A stretch of 64,000 bases of DNA from Tubulanus polymorphus. Lineage: Eukaryota > Animalia > Nemertea. This document shows, one piece after another, positions 1-11,300 of this stretch. The translations under genes were made by a program, and so were the position numbers. The first letter of the stretch is position 1, and every line of letters starts with the position of its first letter. A model generated the notes under the pieces. That model saw nothing but the letters and a program-made list of their open reading frames with translations, searched no databases and was not told the DNA's origin. Location: assembly GCF_964204645.1 (NCBI RefSeq), contig NC_134034.1, positions 5,306,914 through 5,370,913 on the forward strand, given 5' to 3'.

Positions 1-68
1 CAGTTGAAAGGTTAGAAAAACAATATAATGAATTAACAAGAAAAACATATTATCGTAAATATTGTAAA

Positions 69-299
69 TTGATTATTACAACAAGTAAATCAAATCTACA
101 AAATAGAACAATAAAACATAAAGAAAACGTAAGAAAATACCAAGAGCTTAACGAAGATCTATTACTAAGAAATGATAGACAAAAATGCCCAAAATGTACT
201 TATGAGTACTTAAGACAAGAAGGTCCTGTGATATTTTGTAATGTAGTGGATGGCAAAAGAATTTATGGGGTGATGAAAAAACTAGAAATATTGTTATAG
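69..299 (+). CDS. Small hypothetical Polinton ORF with a CxxC motif (possibly a fragment)
   Basis: ORF track; CPKCTY; same AT-rich composition as PolB and convergent with it. Confidence 0.3.
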   Translation: MIITTSKSNLQNRTIKHKENVRKYQELNEDLLLRNDRQKCPKCTYEYLRQEGPVIFCNVVDGKRIYGVMKKLEILL

Positions 300-528
300 A
301 ACCAAAATTAAAGTATCTAGATGAAATATTTAATATATTTTCTACGGAAGATCATACACCAGAATATAAGCAATGGCTTGAAAAAATGAAAATAAAAATG
401 GTGAAATAACTAAAAAAGATATAAGAAAAACAATTATTCCATCAACATTTAACACACAAAAAAAGAAAATGTATTTATATTTATTATTTAACGATTATTA
501 TAAAAAACCTAAATTAACATAAGAAGAT

Positions 529-747
529 ATGGAAAATATAAAAGAAACATTCAAAAAAATATTAAGATATTATGTGGATAATAGAATAACAGATTCAATT
601 AATTATGAATTCTTTTTAAATAAGATTGTAAATTATTTAAACATCGATATTATAATTCCATTTGATGAATTAACAAACAAAAAGAAACAAAGAGAGCGAG
701 ATGAAATGTGGTACAAGATAGAACTTTATTTAAATGAGAAAAAATGA
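529..747 (+). CDS. Small hypothetical Polinton ORF
   Basis: 72-aa ATG ORF, convergent with the PolB 3' end. Confidence 0.35.
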   Translation: MENIKETFKKILRYYVDNRITDSINYEFFLNKIVNYLNIDIIIPFDELTNKKKQRERDEMWYKIELYLNEKK

Positions 748-1294
748 AATGGAAGAACCTAAACAAAATTATACAAGAACAATTAAATGAAAAAGAAGAA
801 ACCAATAGTGATTTCGAGTTTGATGATATTGATCCATTTTAATAACCATAAGGTAATGTTTTTATACCATCATCTAAAATATGCCTTTTATCATCAAATG
901 GATTCAAACTAGTTTTTTCAACTTCATTAATGTACATCTCGTGATCTTCTGATCTTAAACAATTCATTTTGTGTTTCATTACAATAGAGTTATATAAACA
1001 CTTTATATAATCTTGAAATTCTATATGTTTATCAACCACATGTTTTGTTATTCCTTTTAACTTTTTAGCTTCATGATCTTTTGTTCTGTAACTATACATT
1101 TTACTTCTTATCCCAACAAATTCAATAATTTCATCACCCTCTAATTCATCTTTAAATTTACCAGGAATCTTTTTATCATCATTGCTAAATAGTTCATGAT
1201 CTTTGGGATAATTGCTAAAATCAAAATGATGTTTTAATGTTTTTAAGTCTTTTGTTATGTCATTTGTCTTGATTTTTAGTATGTACGCATCCGT

Positions 1295-2376
1295 ATTGAA
1301 GCAAATTAATGGAAATCCGCAGTTAAATGTACCATCTTCAGATGATAAATCATAAACATAATGTGTTGGGTTATATATTTCAAATAAGTCTTTAACTTCT
1401 TCAGTTAAATCTTTTTCTGTGTGGCTTAAATTAAAGCAATTTGGTTTAGATTTAATCAATCCAATATTCATATTGAAGCCTAATGAATTACATAATATAT
1501 TAAACCCTGATATAGCAACTTTTCCTTTTTGAGCTAAAGATATTGCTGGAGAACTCGTAAATTTTCGTTAATCTCGTTAATTTTAGCACCATCTGCTGCG
1601 TAGAATCCAATGAAGAACCATTTTCTTAGATTATCTTTAGCATTTAATACATAGTCTGGAACTATCTTTTCTTAAACTGTAGTATTACTTTTAACTATTG
1701 CATGGATATAGAATTCGTCATTATATTTTGTAGCAAAATCCTCAGGGTTATTTACAAGTATTCTATAAACTGCTGTTGATTTCATATGATCCACGATTCT
1801 AAATGTTTTATGTGAATAAACTTCTTCACAGAATTTCTTAATTCTTTCTAATAATTTCAAATCTTGATTGCATAAATACCAGCAATATTGAGTGCGATTA
1901 ACATATTTATACACACCTGCTGAACCATCACCCATGAAAAATCCATTGATAAAATATTCTTTTTCTTCTAATGTTTGAGGTTCTATATTATAAATATTAT
2001 CAATAATTTCGTCGAATGACATATGATTCATTCTTGGGAAAAATCTTTTATGTAATAATTCATCTCCAATTCTTATATCAGTCGGTTTTATTTCATCACC
2101 ATTTCGTTTGATTAAACTATGATCTTCTGTAACATCTACAAACCCTAATTTAGTTCTAACTCTATAGATTTTCTTATTTGTTTTATGCCTAATAATATTC
2201 TTTAATTTTTGCCATCCATTTCTTGTCCAAACATCCACTAAACCATTTATTTGTATTAATTCTTTTTCACCATATGAAATATAACGTTCATTTTGCTTTG
2301 GAATTATTTCTGAAATTCTTCTTATCAATATTTTATCATTAGATTTTAATAATATTGGGGTGTCAGCTGTTACAGA
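1295..2376 (-). other. Intein (Hint plus LAGLIDADG homing endonuclease), ~360 codons, inserted in PolB motif C
   Basis: Block A SVTADTPILL (Ser1 codon 2376-2374); block B VDVTEDHSL; block C FINGFFMGDG; block E WFFIGFYAADG; block H QKGKVAISGFNILCNSLGF; block F VYDLSSEDGTF; block G LICFN|T (Asn 1297-1295, Thr+1). Removing it restores YFD-TDA. Confidence 0.93.
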
Positions 2377-3966
2377 ATCAAAATATAATATTTCAATATG
2401 CTTTTCCCCAAAAAGTGGTTGTAAAACATTATAATAAAAATCATACATTAATAATGTTGATACTTCTAAAACAGTTGAACCAATGAATATAGGTTTATTA
2501 AATTTCATTGACGTTCTTTCTAATTTAACTGCTGTTAAATAATCTTCAAATCTTTTATTTCCTAAATGTCTAGGACTTGATTGTAAATGTCTTAATCGTT
2601 CAGAATTATTTACTTATTCAATATCATTTCTATTTCCAATATTTTCACATGTTTTACCATAAAAACTATTATTCATTAATTTGAAGAAATCTTTTTCAAA
2701 ATCTGTTTTTGATATTGTTCTCTGTTGAGTATTGAAATCTATATATTTTTCTAACCACTTCGATTGATTAAATTCAATATATCTATGTACTTTCTTTAAT
2801 TTCATTCCTTGTTTTAGATAAAATTTTAACATTCTATAATGAACGATATAATTGTATTTATTATTTTGAGTAAGTATTAATTTTTCTGTAAAAACATGAT
2901 CTTTCGGTTTTATTTTCTTCTGGTATTCACTTAAATAACTATCATCTACGGCTAAATGTTCTGGGCAATAAGGTAAGTTTCTTGTTTTAAACTTTATGTT
3001 ATCAGGATATTCTAAATCAACTACAAAGAAATAACCAATTGGTGCTTCATCTTTTAAACTCACAATTGCGCTTTCCCAATCAGTGTTATCATCATTTTCA
3101 ACTCCTGTCAATATAAAATTTTTATATGGTTGAGGTTGCATCATTGCCCAACCATATAAATTATTGGCGTCAATATATAATAATTTATATTCATCATTTG
3201 CTTTAAAATATTTATCTCCCATAACACCACTAATTCCACCTCTAATTGATTTTTCAAATAATAAAACCATGTCTGGTTCTTTTAATAAATCTAATTCTAC
3301 ATTTGTGTATTTTAAACCACATTGCCAGGTTAAACCAGGACTAGAGTAGCAATAACAAGGATCAACATTAAAATGATTCAAATTAACTTCTCTAAATTTT
3401 TCAAATATGTCAGCCAATATCATAACATCTGATTTTAAATATAAATCAACTAATTCACCATGATTTTTCATCTTAAAATGGTTCCAAATATTTAATGTTC
3501 TATTAAACACTTCGTCTTTCACATACTCCTCTTTTAATTGATCATAAAATTGATCTTCTAATAATTCTGTTACATTAAAATCATTGTGTGTTTTATAAAA
3601 TGAATAAGGAATTGCACCTTTATATCTCAATAATTTAAAATCTTGTTCATTTGGATAATAATATCGAGTTATAACAAAATCATTATCAACTAAACTTTTT
3701 GCTAAATTATCTAATGAACTAGCTAGAAATCTATAAGAATCTAAAAATCTAATGCAACCAAATTGAAATGAAATATAATTTTCAGATGTTTTAGCTAATA
3801 GTTTAAAATCATATTTTCTTTCATTTACACCATTCATAGCATTATATTCTTCTATTTCTTGATTAAATGCGCCAAATTTTCCCGATAATTGTTTTATAAA
3901 TAGATGGGTATCATAGCCTGATAAATTATGAAATAATATTGGAACGAAATTTACTTTTTTAGCTTG

Positions 3967-4071
3967 TAAATTACAATCTTCATGAGCAGCCCCACGATAT
4001 TCTGAATTTAAATGATCATGATCTCTAACGTTATTATCAAATGAATAAAAACGTTTTTCACAATAACAACA
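3967..4071 (-). other. Endonuclease VII (His-Me finger) domain inserted in the pPolB exonuclease
   Basis: Manual translation CCYCEKRF..VRDHDHLNSEYRGAAHEDCNL, between ExoI and ExoII; not shown in the ORF track. Confidence 0.85.
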
Positions 4072-5984
4072 GTTGCATAATTAAAATCAATTTCATCTTC
4101 TTTTGTCATAACTATTCTTTTGTTTTTGTTTAATAATTCTGCAAAATCACTTTCTAATTCAATTATTATATTACAAAAATCATTAACAACATTTTCACCT
4201 CTAAAAGAAATATACTGACTTTCATATAATTCAGGATAATTTGATTTTATATAAATCCCATAAGCAGCAGCTCTTTGATGAACTTTTTTAATTGTATTTA
4301 TAATTGGTGGGTCTTGAATGATATCTTCATTTAGTTCATTTCCATTATCCATTGATTTTAAAAATTGCTTTTTGTTATATATTTCTTTTCTATCTTGATC
4401 AGTTAATTCTTTATTCAACGATTCAAAATCCCCATAAATTACAAATGGAACAATATTCTTAAATTTATGATTAGTAAATTTCAATTTATAATCTTTTTCT
4501 GTTGGCATTATTATTTTACAAAAATCGTTATTATCACATAATTCTTCATGTTTCAATAATGTATTCTCAGTCATAAATTTAGATAAACATTTTCTACATA
4601 GATTAATTTTATGATGATGATCACTTTTTGTTCTAAAGAATAAATCAATTTGTTTTAACCACATATAATGTTCATTTTCATCTTTTTTGTAATATAACAA
4701 ATCTATAGCATTTTCATCATCATAATATTCTGTTAAATATAAAGCTTCTAATGTATAATCTTTAATATTTTCACCTTTTGTCTTTGGTAATTGCATTAAT
4801 TCAAATACATTTATTTTTTAATTATCAACTTTTTCTATTTTAGGAATCATTTTTATAGTTACTGGATATTGATCAATTTTATATAATGTTTCATATTTCC
4901 GGTAATTTGTTATTCTAAAACTATGCATCATATCTTCTGTTGGGTGTAAACAACTAATAATTGACCGTAGAAAACATTTATTATCTTCATTTTGAACATT
5001 TATTACTGCTTTTGTTGTAAATGGTAATTGAATATAACTTGGTGCTTTAATATCCTTTTCCGTTTTAAAGTTTGAGTCATTTTTAAACATTATTTTACTT
5101 TTTGATGTTTTATTCCTTTTTGTATTATAAACATTTAAATCTAAAAATATAATTCCATTCAATGTTAAACCAGAACCCTCAAAATATCTTTCGTCAATAT
5201 GACGTTTAAATTCATTAAATATTTTTTCTAACTTCTCTTTTATTTGCGTTTTTGAAATTATTTCTTCAGAGAGTGTTTGAATATTATAATCCATTTTCTC
5301 TTCTGACTTTAAAAAACTTACTTTCCCAGAGATACTAATTTTTGGATATTCAACATCTGTTATCAAATCTAGTATTTTTTCTATTATTTCATCAAATTTA
5401 CTATAATCTTCTATTGTTGTACCTTTAAAAAATCTAAATATAATAGCTGCAGGACCAATTTTACTACGTAATGTTTATTATCTTATATTTCAATTGTATC
5501 TTTTATTTCTAGTGAATCAATATAATTTCTAACATTTTCCATGTAAGGTTTATTTGAAATAGATTTGGTTTTTGAAGCTGTTTTTTTTACTTGTTGAGGT
5601 TTATCATCAAAATAATCCATTCCTAATACATTATTACCCAAATTTTGATGGTGTTTTTGTGATTCGAGATGTCTTTTATAATTCTTTTTTACTATAAATT
5701 CATTACAAACTTCACATTTTATTTCAACCACATTCATATCATCTAATCGTTCTTTTCTTTCATTGGAATTTTCTGGAGTTTCAAAATCTATTACATTTTT
5801 TATATGATTTGCAGATTTTTCATGTTTAGATTTATTAGATTTATCAATGTATTTTTTACAATATGGACAATAATATTGATTTTCATTAACATCAATTTGT
5901 TCTGTCTTATTCTCTCCCATTAATAAGGAAAAAAAAATACTTGTGGTGATGAGTGGGGATTACTTCCCCTTGTATATAACAAGC

Positions 5985-6224
5985 ACGCTATTAACCGTTC
6001 TCACCCAAGCCTCACACCATCTATTTATCCGAGCACAGTTGGCACGCAATCACTGTACTACAGTAATAGCACACGCGTTGATAACCGTTCTCAGTAGCGA
6101 CTCACTGTATCGATCTATCCACGCGCAGTTGTTGTTACGCGCACTCACTGTATACATGTATCACAATGCTGTTGACCGTTCTCGGCCTAGCTGTGATGAG
6201 AGGTGTCTCGTACTCTCGTACTCT
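5985..6224. repeat. Putative Polinton terminal repeat region
   Basis: A(A/C)CGTTCTC-anchored ~90-bp degenerate units at ~5991, ~6081 and ~6172; terminal CTCGTACTCTCGTACTCT; GC content rises sharply upstream of the PolB ATG. Confidence 0.5.
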
Positions 6225-6251
6225 GGTATGAAAGCCCACTTTCCCTATTAC

Positions 6252-6616
6252 TTTCCTGTAATCATTATAACTGTTATTTTGTTTTTTTGTCAACAGGTGC
6301 TCCGGAAATGATTGATTCAACTTTAATGGATGTAGATATGGAAGTCCCTGAAAATCTAGGAATTGACGGTGGAAGCAATTCGGAGGGTATAGTGTGTCAA
6401 ATTAGGAATGGCGAAAAAAAACCAACTGCGGAAACAATGAATGACTTGGAAGAACCTGTAAATAGTATGTACCATCATACATACCATTTTGTATCGACAC
6501 GATCTTACTGATTATCATTTATGTTTCCTGTAATCATTATAACTGTTATTTTGTTTTTCTGTCAACAGGTGCTCGGGAAATAATTGATTCCACTTCGACG
6601 GATGTAGATGTGGGAG
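6252..6616 (+). repeat. ~93-bp direct duplication of an intron 3' end plus exon start (6252-6344 / 6524-6616)
   Basis: TTTCCTGTAATCATTATAACTGTTATTTTG...CAACAG|GTGCTC..GAAAT..ATTGATTC occurs twice. Confidence 0.8.
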
Positions 6617-6787
6617 ATGAACATCATCGGCGGTGTTGTCGCAAAGATGCTTTCAATGGCACATCTGACCCGCCAGGATATGAAGCAATGTATAATATAA
6701 TAGTATGTAAAATTCATTTTTTTCATACTTCATTAATTACGGACCCTACTTTTCTTTCAGTGCTTTTTTGCAAACATTCAAATTCAG

Positions 6788-7312
6788 ATAGCAGTGATGA
6801 AATGGATGATTCCGGAGATGACGAAGATTATCACCCTGACGAGGTTGAAGACAATAATGAAAATGATGATACCGAAATTGACATCATGGGAAGTGACGAA
6901 GACAGACTTGCTATTCAAAATAACATGAATAAAATGTCTGAGGATATTAATGATGATGATGGTGATGACTTTGCGAGTGAAAGTAGTTTTGTGAAAAAGT
7001 TGAAACTTCAAACAACCTAATCATGTGATCAATTCAACTTTAAATCGGATGAAAGTAATTTCCTTAATTTTCTAGTGACAATTCCTTATTACCAAGCAAG
7101 GCCGGATGGTGGAAGAAATTACTCAAAAATTGATTACTGCTTGTTCTGTAATGGTAGATTCAAGTGTAAGATATCTGAACATCTCCGAAATTGTCATTAT
7201 GATATTGGCCGAGTACAGATGATTCTTCTGTTACCTACCTGCTGGAAGTCCGCAGAAAAGTAAACTCTTGTTAGGCGTCCGTAATGAAGGAAACTTCAAG
7301 CATAATATGCAG
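6788..7312 (+). pseudogene. 5' exons of a Crypton-like (tyrosine-recombinase-associated family) gene
   Basis: Acidic tract, then NYSKIDYCLFC..KISEHLRNCH..LPAGSPQKSKLLLGVRNEGNFKHNMQ (an ACCT duplication causes a frameshift); splice donor GTAACT at 7313. Confidence 0.6.
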
Positions 7313-8368
7313 GTAACTCATGATGTTAGATGTTAGAAAAGCCATGATGTAATGTTTGTATATTTCATGTAATTGGGTTGAGTTAAGTTGTATTGTACTG
7401 TGTTGCATATGGAGCATACTTCGGCACACAGCAGACTTATATATACATGTACAACCAATTCTTTAGGTCAAAGAATGATACCATTTTACTCATTTTCAAT
7501 ATCCCTGAAAATAACCAAGCAGACAGGCCTGCATTTTTCAAAGCAGTGTTAAATTATCTCTGTGATAAGGCTATTCCGGTGTTAAATTTCACTATCCCGG
7601 TGATTGTTATCACAGGGATAAATTCTCATTGTTCAAAAGCATTCTATAGGCGGGTGGCTTATCGACAATTTTGAGTCATATTGTTACCGTGTGGACAAAA
7701 TCACGAAAATTGGGCCAGATGTTCATACAAACTTAACAATCAATTTTAGAAGGGGAGCCAGCTCCGATCTCTATGGCAACCATCCAATTTTTACGTTTCC
7801 ATGGCAACTGAATGGAAATTCTATCATGTTTCAGATATCCAGGTATATAGGGAATGGGAGATGATAGAAACATGGTTTTAGGGTACAAACCTATGTTTGG
7901 AGATATCATCTTTCCATATATGCTATTACTGACAGTATTTGAGGTCGAGGTCATGGTTAATTTTCAAGGCCGCCATTGACATTGAAATATGAACCCTAAA
8001 AAACTGTAAAATAGCTCATCTTCGGGTAGAAACTGCACAGACACGAATGAGGTATCATAAACAGGGGTTTTTGAGGTGAACAATCAGGATTATTACTAGG
8101 ATTATCCATTATCATTACTTAGTAACAACCAAACTTACAAAATCCAATAGGCTCATCACAGCTGAAATTCCATTATGGGCTCGAAAAAGAACAAGAAACA
8201 TGAACAGAAACATGAGTTAAAACTGTTAATCTAAAATCATGTTATAATTTCATTTAATACTAACAACCGATACTCATACCGTAAAATAAAATCAGAAAGA
8301 GTAAAATGTAGTAATAATACATTTATCACAACGCATCAACTTACGCAACGTTTTCCTCTCGTCTGAAT

Positions 8369-11300
8369 CTAAGTTTCTTTACAGTTACAGCTGTAGAGAG
8401 ATGTGCACGGTAGATTTGCCTTTTTACACTTACAAACTTTACAGGCATTTTTGCATGCACATTTAACAAATTCTCTGCAAGCCCGTGAAGCTTCAGGAAT
8501 AGTTATCCACTGAGGTACCCATGAATCACACACATCAGCTTTTTCCCAACCAAATTTGCATGGGCTTGGGATCTGCTGTTGAGCTGCCATACTAGTAATC
8601 CAGATTCCTGCTTGGTATATGGCCCTCTTAATCTGTTGCAGAAGTGCGTCCTGGCCTGGGGGTATTTTATCTAGAGCTTGGCTTTTCTTTGCGAATAGCT
8701 CAATTTGTGCTTCATTTACATTTGACAAGTGACTGGATTTGTCATATGCTAAGATGACTAAACGTTCAATTTTCTTAAACATAGCAGACTGCAAATCAAT
8801 ATCAATGAACGGATTTGAGACGATATGTAGAAACGCACCGGTAACATCATTGTACTCATTCCATGCGCGCCAGAATGATTTTTGCCCATCCATTTAAATG
8901 CAGACGTAGTATCACATCCTGTCAAGGAGTGAAACGTGGGGAGTGATCTCGATTTATTGTCTCCAATGTTCTGGTATGTGGAATTGATATTGTACATGGC
9001 AAATTTTTTATCAACTCCATATGCTACCCAGATTTGTAAATCCGCGATAATGACTGCTAGCTGATGAAACAAGCCAATCAGTATGACTATGATGTCTGTA
9101 TCAACTGTTCTGACAAACACAGTATTGCAACCATTTTCCAATGCATGTCTAATGTGTACAACAACGCGAGTGTCCGATTCCTCGTGGTTACACGAGGCCA
9201 TGGGCAGATCAGTACCAATACTAATCACTCCATCTCCATCAGTTACGTAGATGGATGCAGTTGAAGGGTGGAGCTGAGAAACCTTTGCGGATAGAAATCT
9301 AAACAGTTCCATTTTGTTTGCAGGTTCGAGGAGAAAATCACCCCAGTTGCCAGGCAATTTAGTTTCACCACTTACTTTTCTTCGAACACCTTTGCCACGT
9401 TTTTCTCTCGTTGATTCTTTCAAACACCTTGGTTTGTATACATCCCATACTATATCCAAACGTTTACTGGAGTTCAGTTGCCGTTCTACGTATGGAAGAA
9501 ACATGTTTTCCGCATAGTCATTAAATGTTGTAGCATTGGTCGGAGCCAGGTAATGTACGATGTCAAATATCTTGCAATCAAATACATCTGGTACTGATAT
9601 GTCAGTCTAATCAGAACCAATAATACACTGCAGCAATTGGCTTTTTGTACCTGGTAAATTCAAATTGCCGAAGTCCGACAGCGTCACAGGGTAGGATTGT
9701 AATTCATGCGCAAAAAGCTCGTGAATATCACCTTCTCTGTCTTGTAATGATATGTACAACTGCCCAAAGAGTGAAACATTGTTCTCAAGAACTTTTACTT
9801 TTTTATTGCTGTTTGGTGTTTTTGTTTTGCGAGAGAAGAGGGGTAGTGCATTCTTTGATATCCGTTCATTAATTGACCGACTGCGTTCAACTAGAACTGT
9901 TTTTCTATATACCGTTTTTGCCCTATTTCTGAAGAACGAATCTTTTTATATCATCAGCTGCACAAATACGATTGTCTAGAGTAACCAATTCTTGAAAATT
10001 ATCCATAAAAGGGTTACCCATTCTCCTTATAACTTTCGACAGATTGTTCACCTGGCGCTGAAATGCGATCTGTGATGCGAGACCTTGTTCATGATGTTGG
10101 AAGTTGACTGGATTTTCAGGATCTTCATCAGATATATATTCAGATTCAAACTGTTAAATTAATCTGGCGAGTTCAGGCCCTGGCTTCATCCACCGCCTAA
10201 GAGCAACAGGGTTTTCAGTATTCCTATTGCACCACCTGTGCCTTTTATCATTTTGTTTTCCTGCTCGTGGGCTTGATCAAAATCATTAGACAGTTGAAGG
10301 TGCATGTAGTATGCTTCTTTCATTAGCTTTTGTAGGGCAAGGATAGTAACTTGGTGTGCATGCCGCGTTCTCATCAAATGGGAGACCTTCAAAAACGATT
10401 CAGCTATTCCAGATTCTGATTCTGAGATTTAGTTAGGGCGATTGTCCAACCACTAGCCGCTAATAAATCTCCAATTGTATTCCATAGTGACATTTCTATC
10501 TCATCATTACTACATATAAGTTTTCTCCATATCTATCGGGCCACTTCCATTGTATGCATTTGGCAAGTGCTAAAAGTGGCTGATCGAATGTGATTACAGG
10601 AACCTGCCCTGGATTAAGGTACTCTGTAGTCTTCTTGATGATATCCATACCATGTTTAATCATAGCTAGTGTTGCTGCTTTCTCGTAAAAGAGCGGCAGG
10701 AGTGCACACAAAGTTGGTGGTTTTGGGATATTTTCCTGCTTCGAGGCATGAAATGCAGACCATGTAATTGAAGTATCTTTGACAAGATTATTATTCTCGG
10801 TCAGTTTTAGCCCATGCTCTATCCAGCTTTGTTCACCAGAGATTGCTTCTGGTACAAGTGATTGAAAAATTGAGAGGTTTCTGTTTATTTCAGGAATGAC
10901 AGCATCGCTAGTTTTAAGATTCACTTGAGGTACTGATACATATTCCTCTGGAAGTGAATGAATATTCCAATTAGTTGGTGGTATTTCGATACCCTCTCTC
11001 AACACACCTGAATTCGTTAAAGTAGGGAATTGAAAAATACTCATTCCTGTACCATGGAAAGAACCTAATGACGTCGTTGAACTTGGATCATGGTCTAAAA
11101 TCAAGTGCCCCTTTTGTGAAAAGACCCTTTCGCAGAATTGTTGGTGCCACAATACCATCCTCGTAATACCTGTCGCAAACTGCGGTAGCCATCCACTCTT
11201 CAAGCTGTATCACCCTGTCATATGAGATGCATATGCCTAATTGATTTAACTGTTGAATGATTTCCTTACTTCTAGTCATTTGGTGAATGCTGATACCAAT

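Larger units (their letters stand above)
839..5920 (-). pseudogene. polB: Protein-primed family B DNA polymerase (Polinton pPolB) with N-terminal Zn fingers, terminal-protein/OTU-like region, EndoVII insertion and intein; disrupted
   Basis: Motifs in order across six ORF pieces: GSGLTLNGI, NVQNEDNKCF...HYMW, ExoI YGDFES, ExoII HNLSGYD, ExoIII YLKSDV, PolA YIDANNLYG, PolB KLMNNSFYGK, PolC YFD|TDA, KKLKGI, FDDKRHI..LPYGY. In-frame TAA stops at ~4818, ~2614 and ~1672; frameshifts near 5470, 4070 and 1560. Confidence 0.93.
1..6224. mobile_element. Polinton/Maverick (adintovirus-like) element, right-hand part, degraded
   Basis: Very AT-rich, intronless block containing a protein-primed PolB gene. 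It ends in ~90-bp degenerate tandem repeats and a putative 5'-AGAGTACGAGAGTACG terminus (minus strand) at 6224. The left part lies outside the window. Confidence 0.8.

Noticed and set aside
1295-2376. Hedgehog/Hog-type Hint domain
   Set aside because: It starts with Ser, contains LAGLIDADG motifs, ends Asn|Thr and interrupts a conserved catalytic motif, all of which indicate a true intein
839-5920. Host Pol alpha/delta or giant-virus PolB
   Set aside because: Motifs (SIRGG, NNLYG, KLMNNSFYGK, DDKR, EndoVII and OTU-like regions) are those of Polinton pPolB
5943-6230. CRISPR-like array or the 122-aa ORF as a gene
   Set aside because: Degenerate tandem units without unique spacers, in a eukaryotic context; the ORF just translates the repeats
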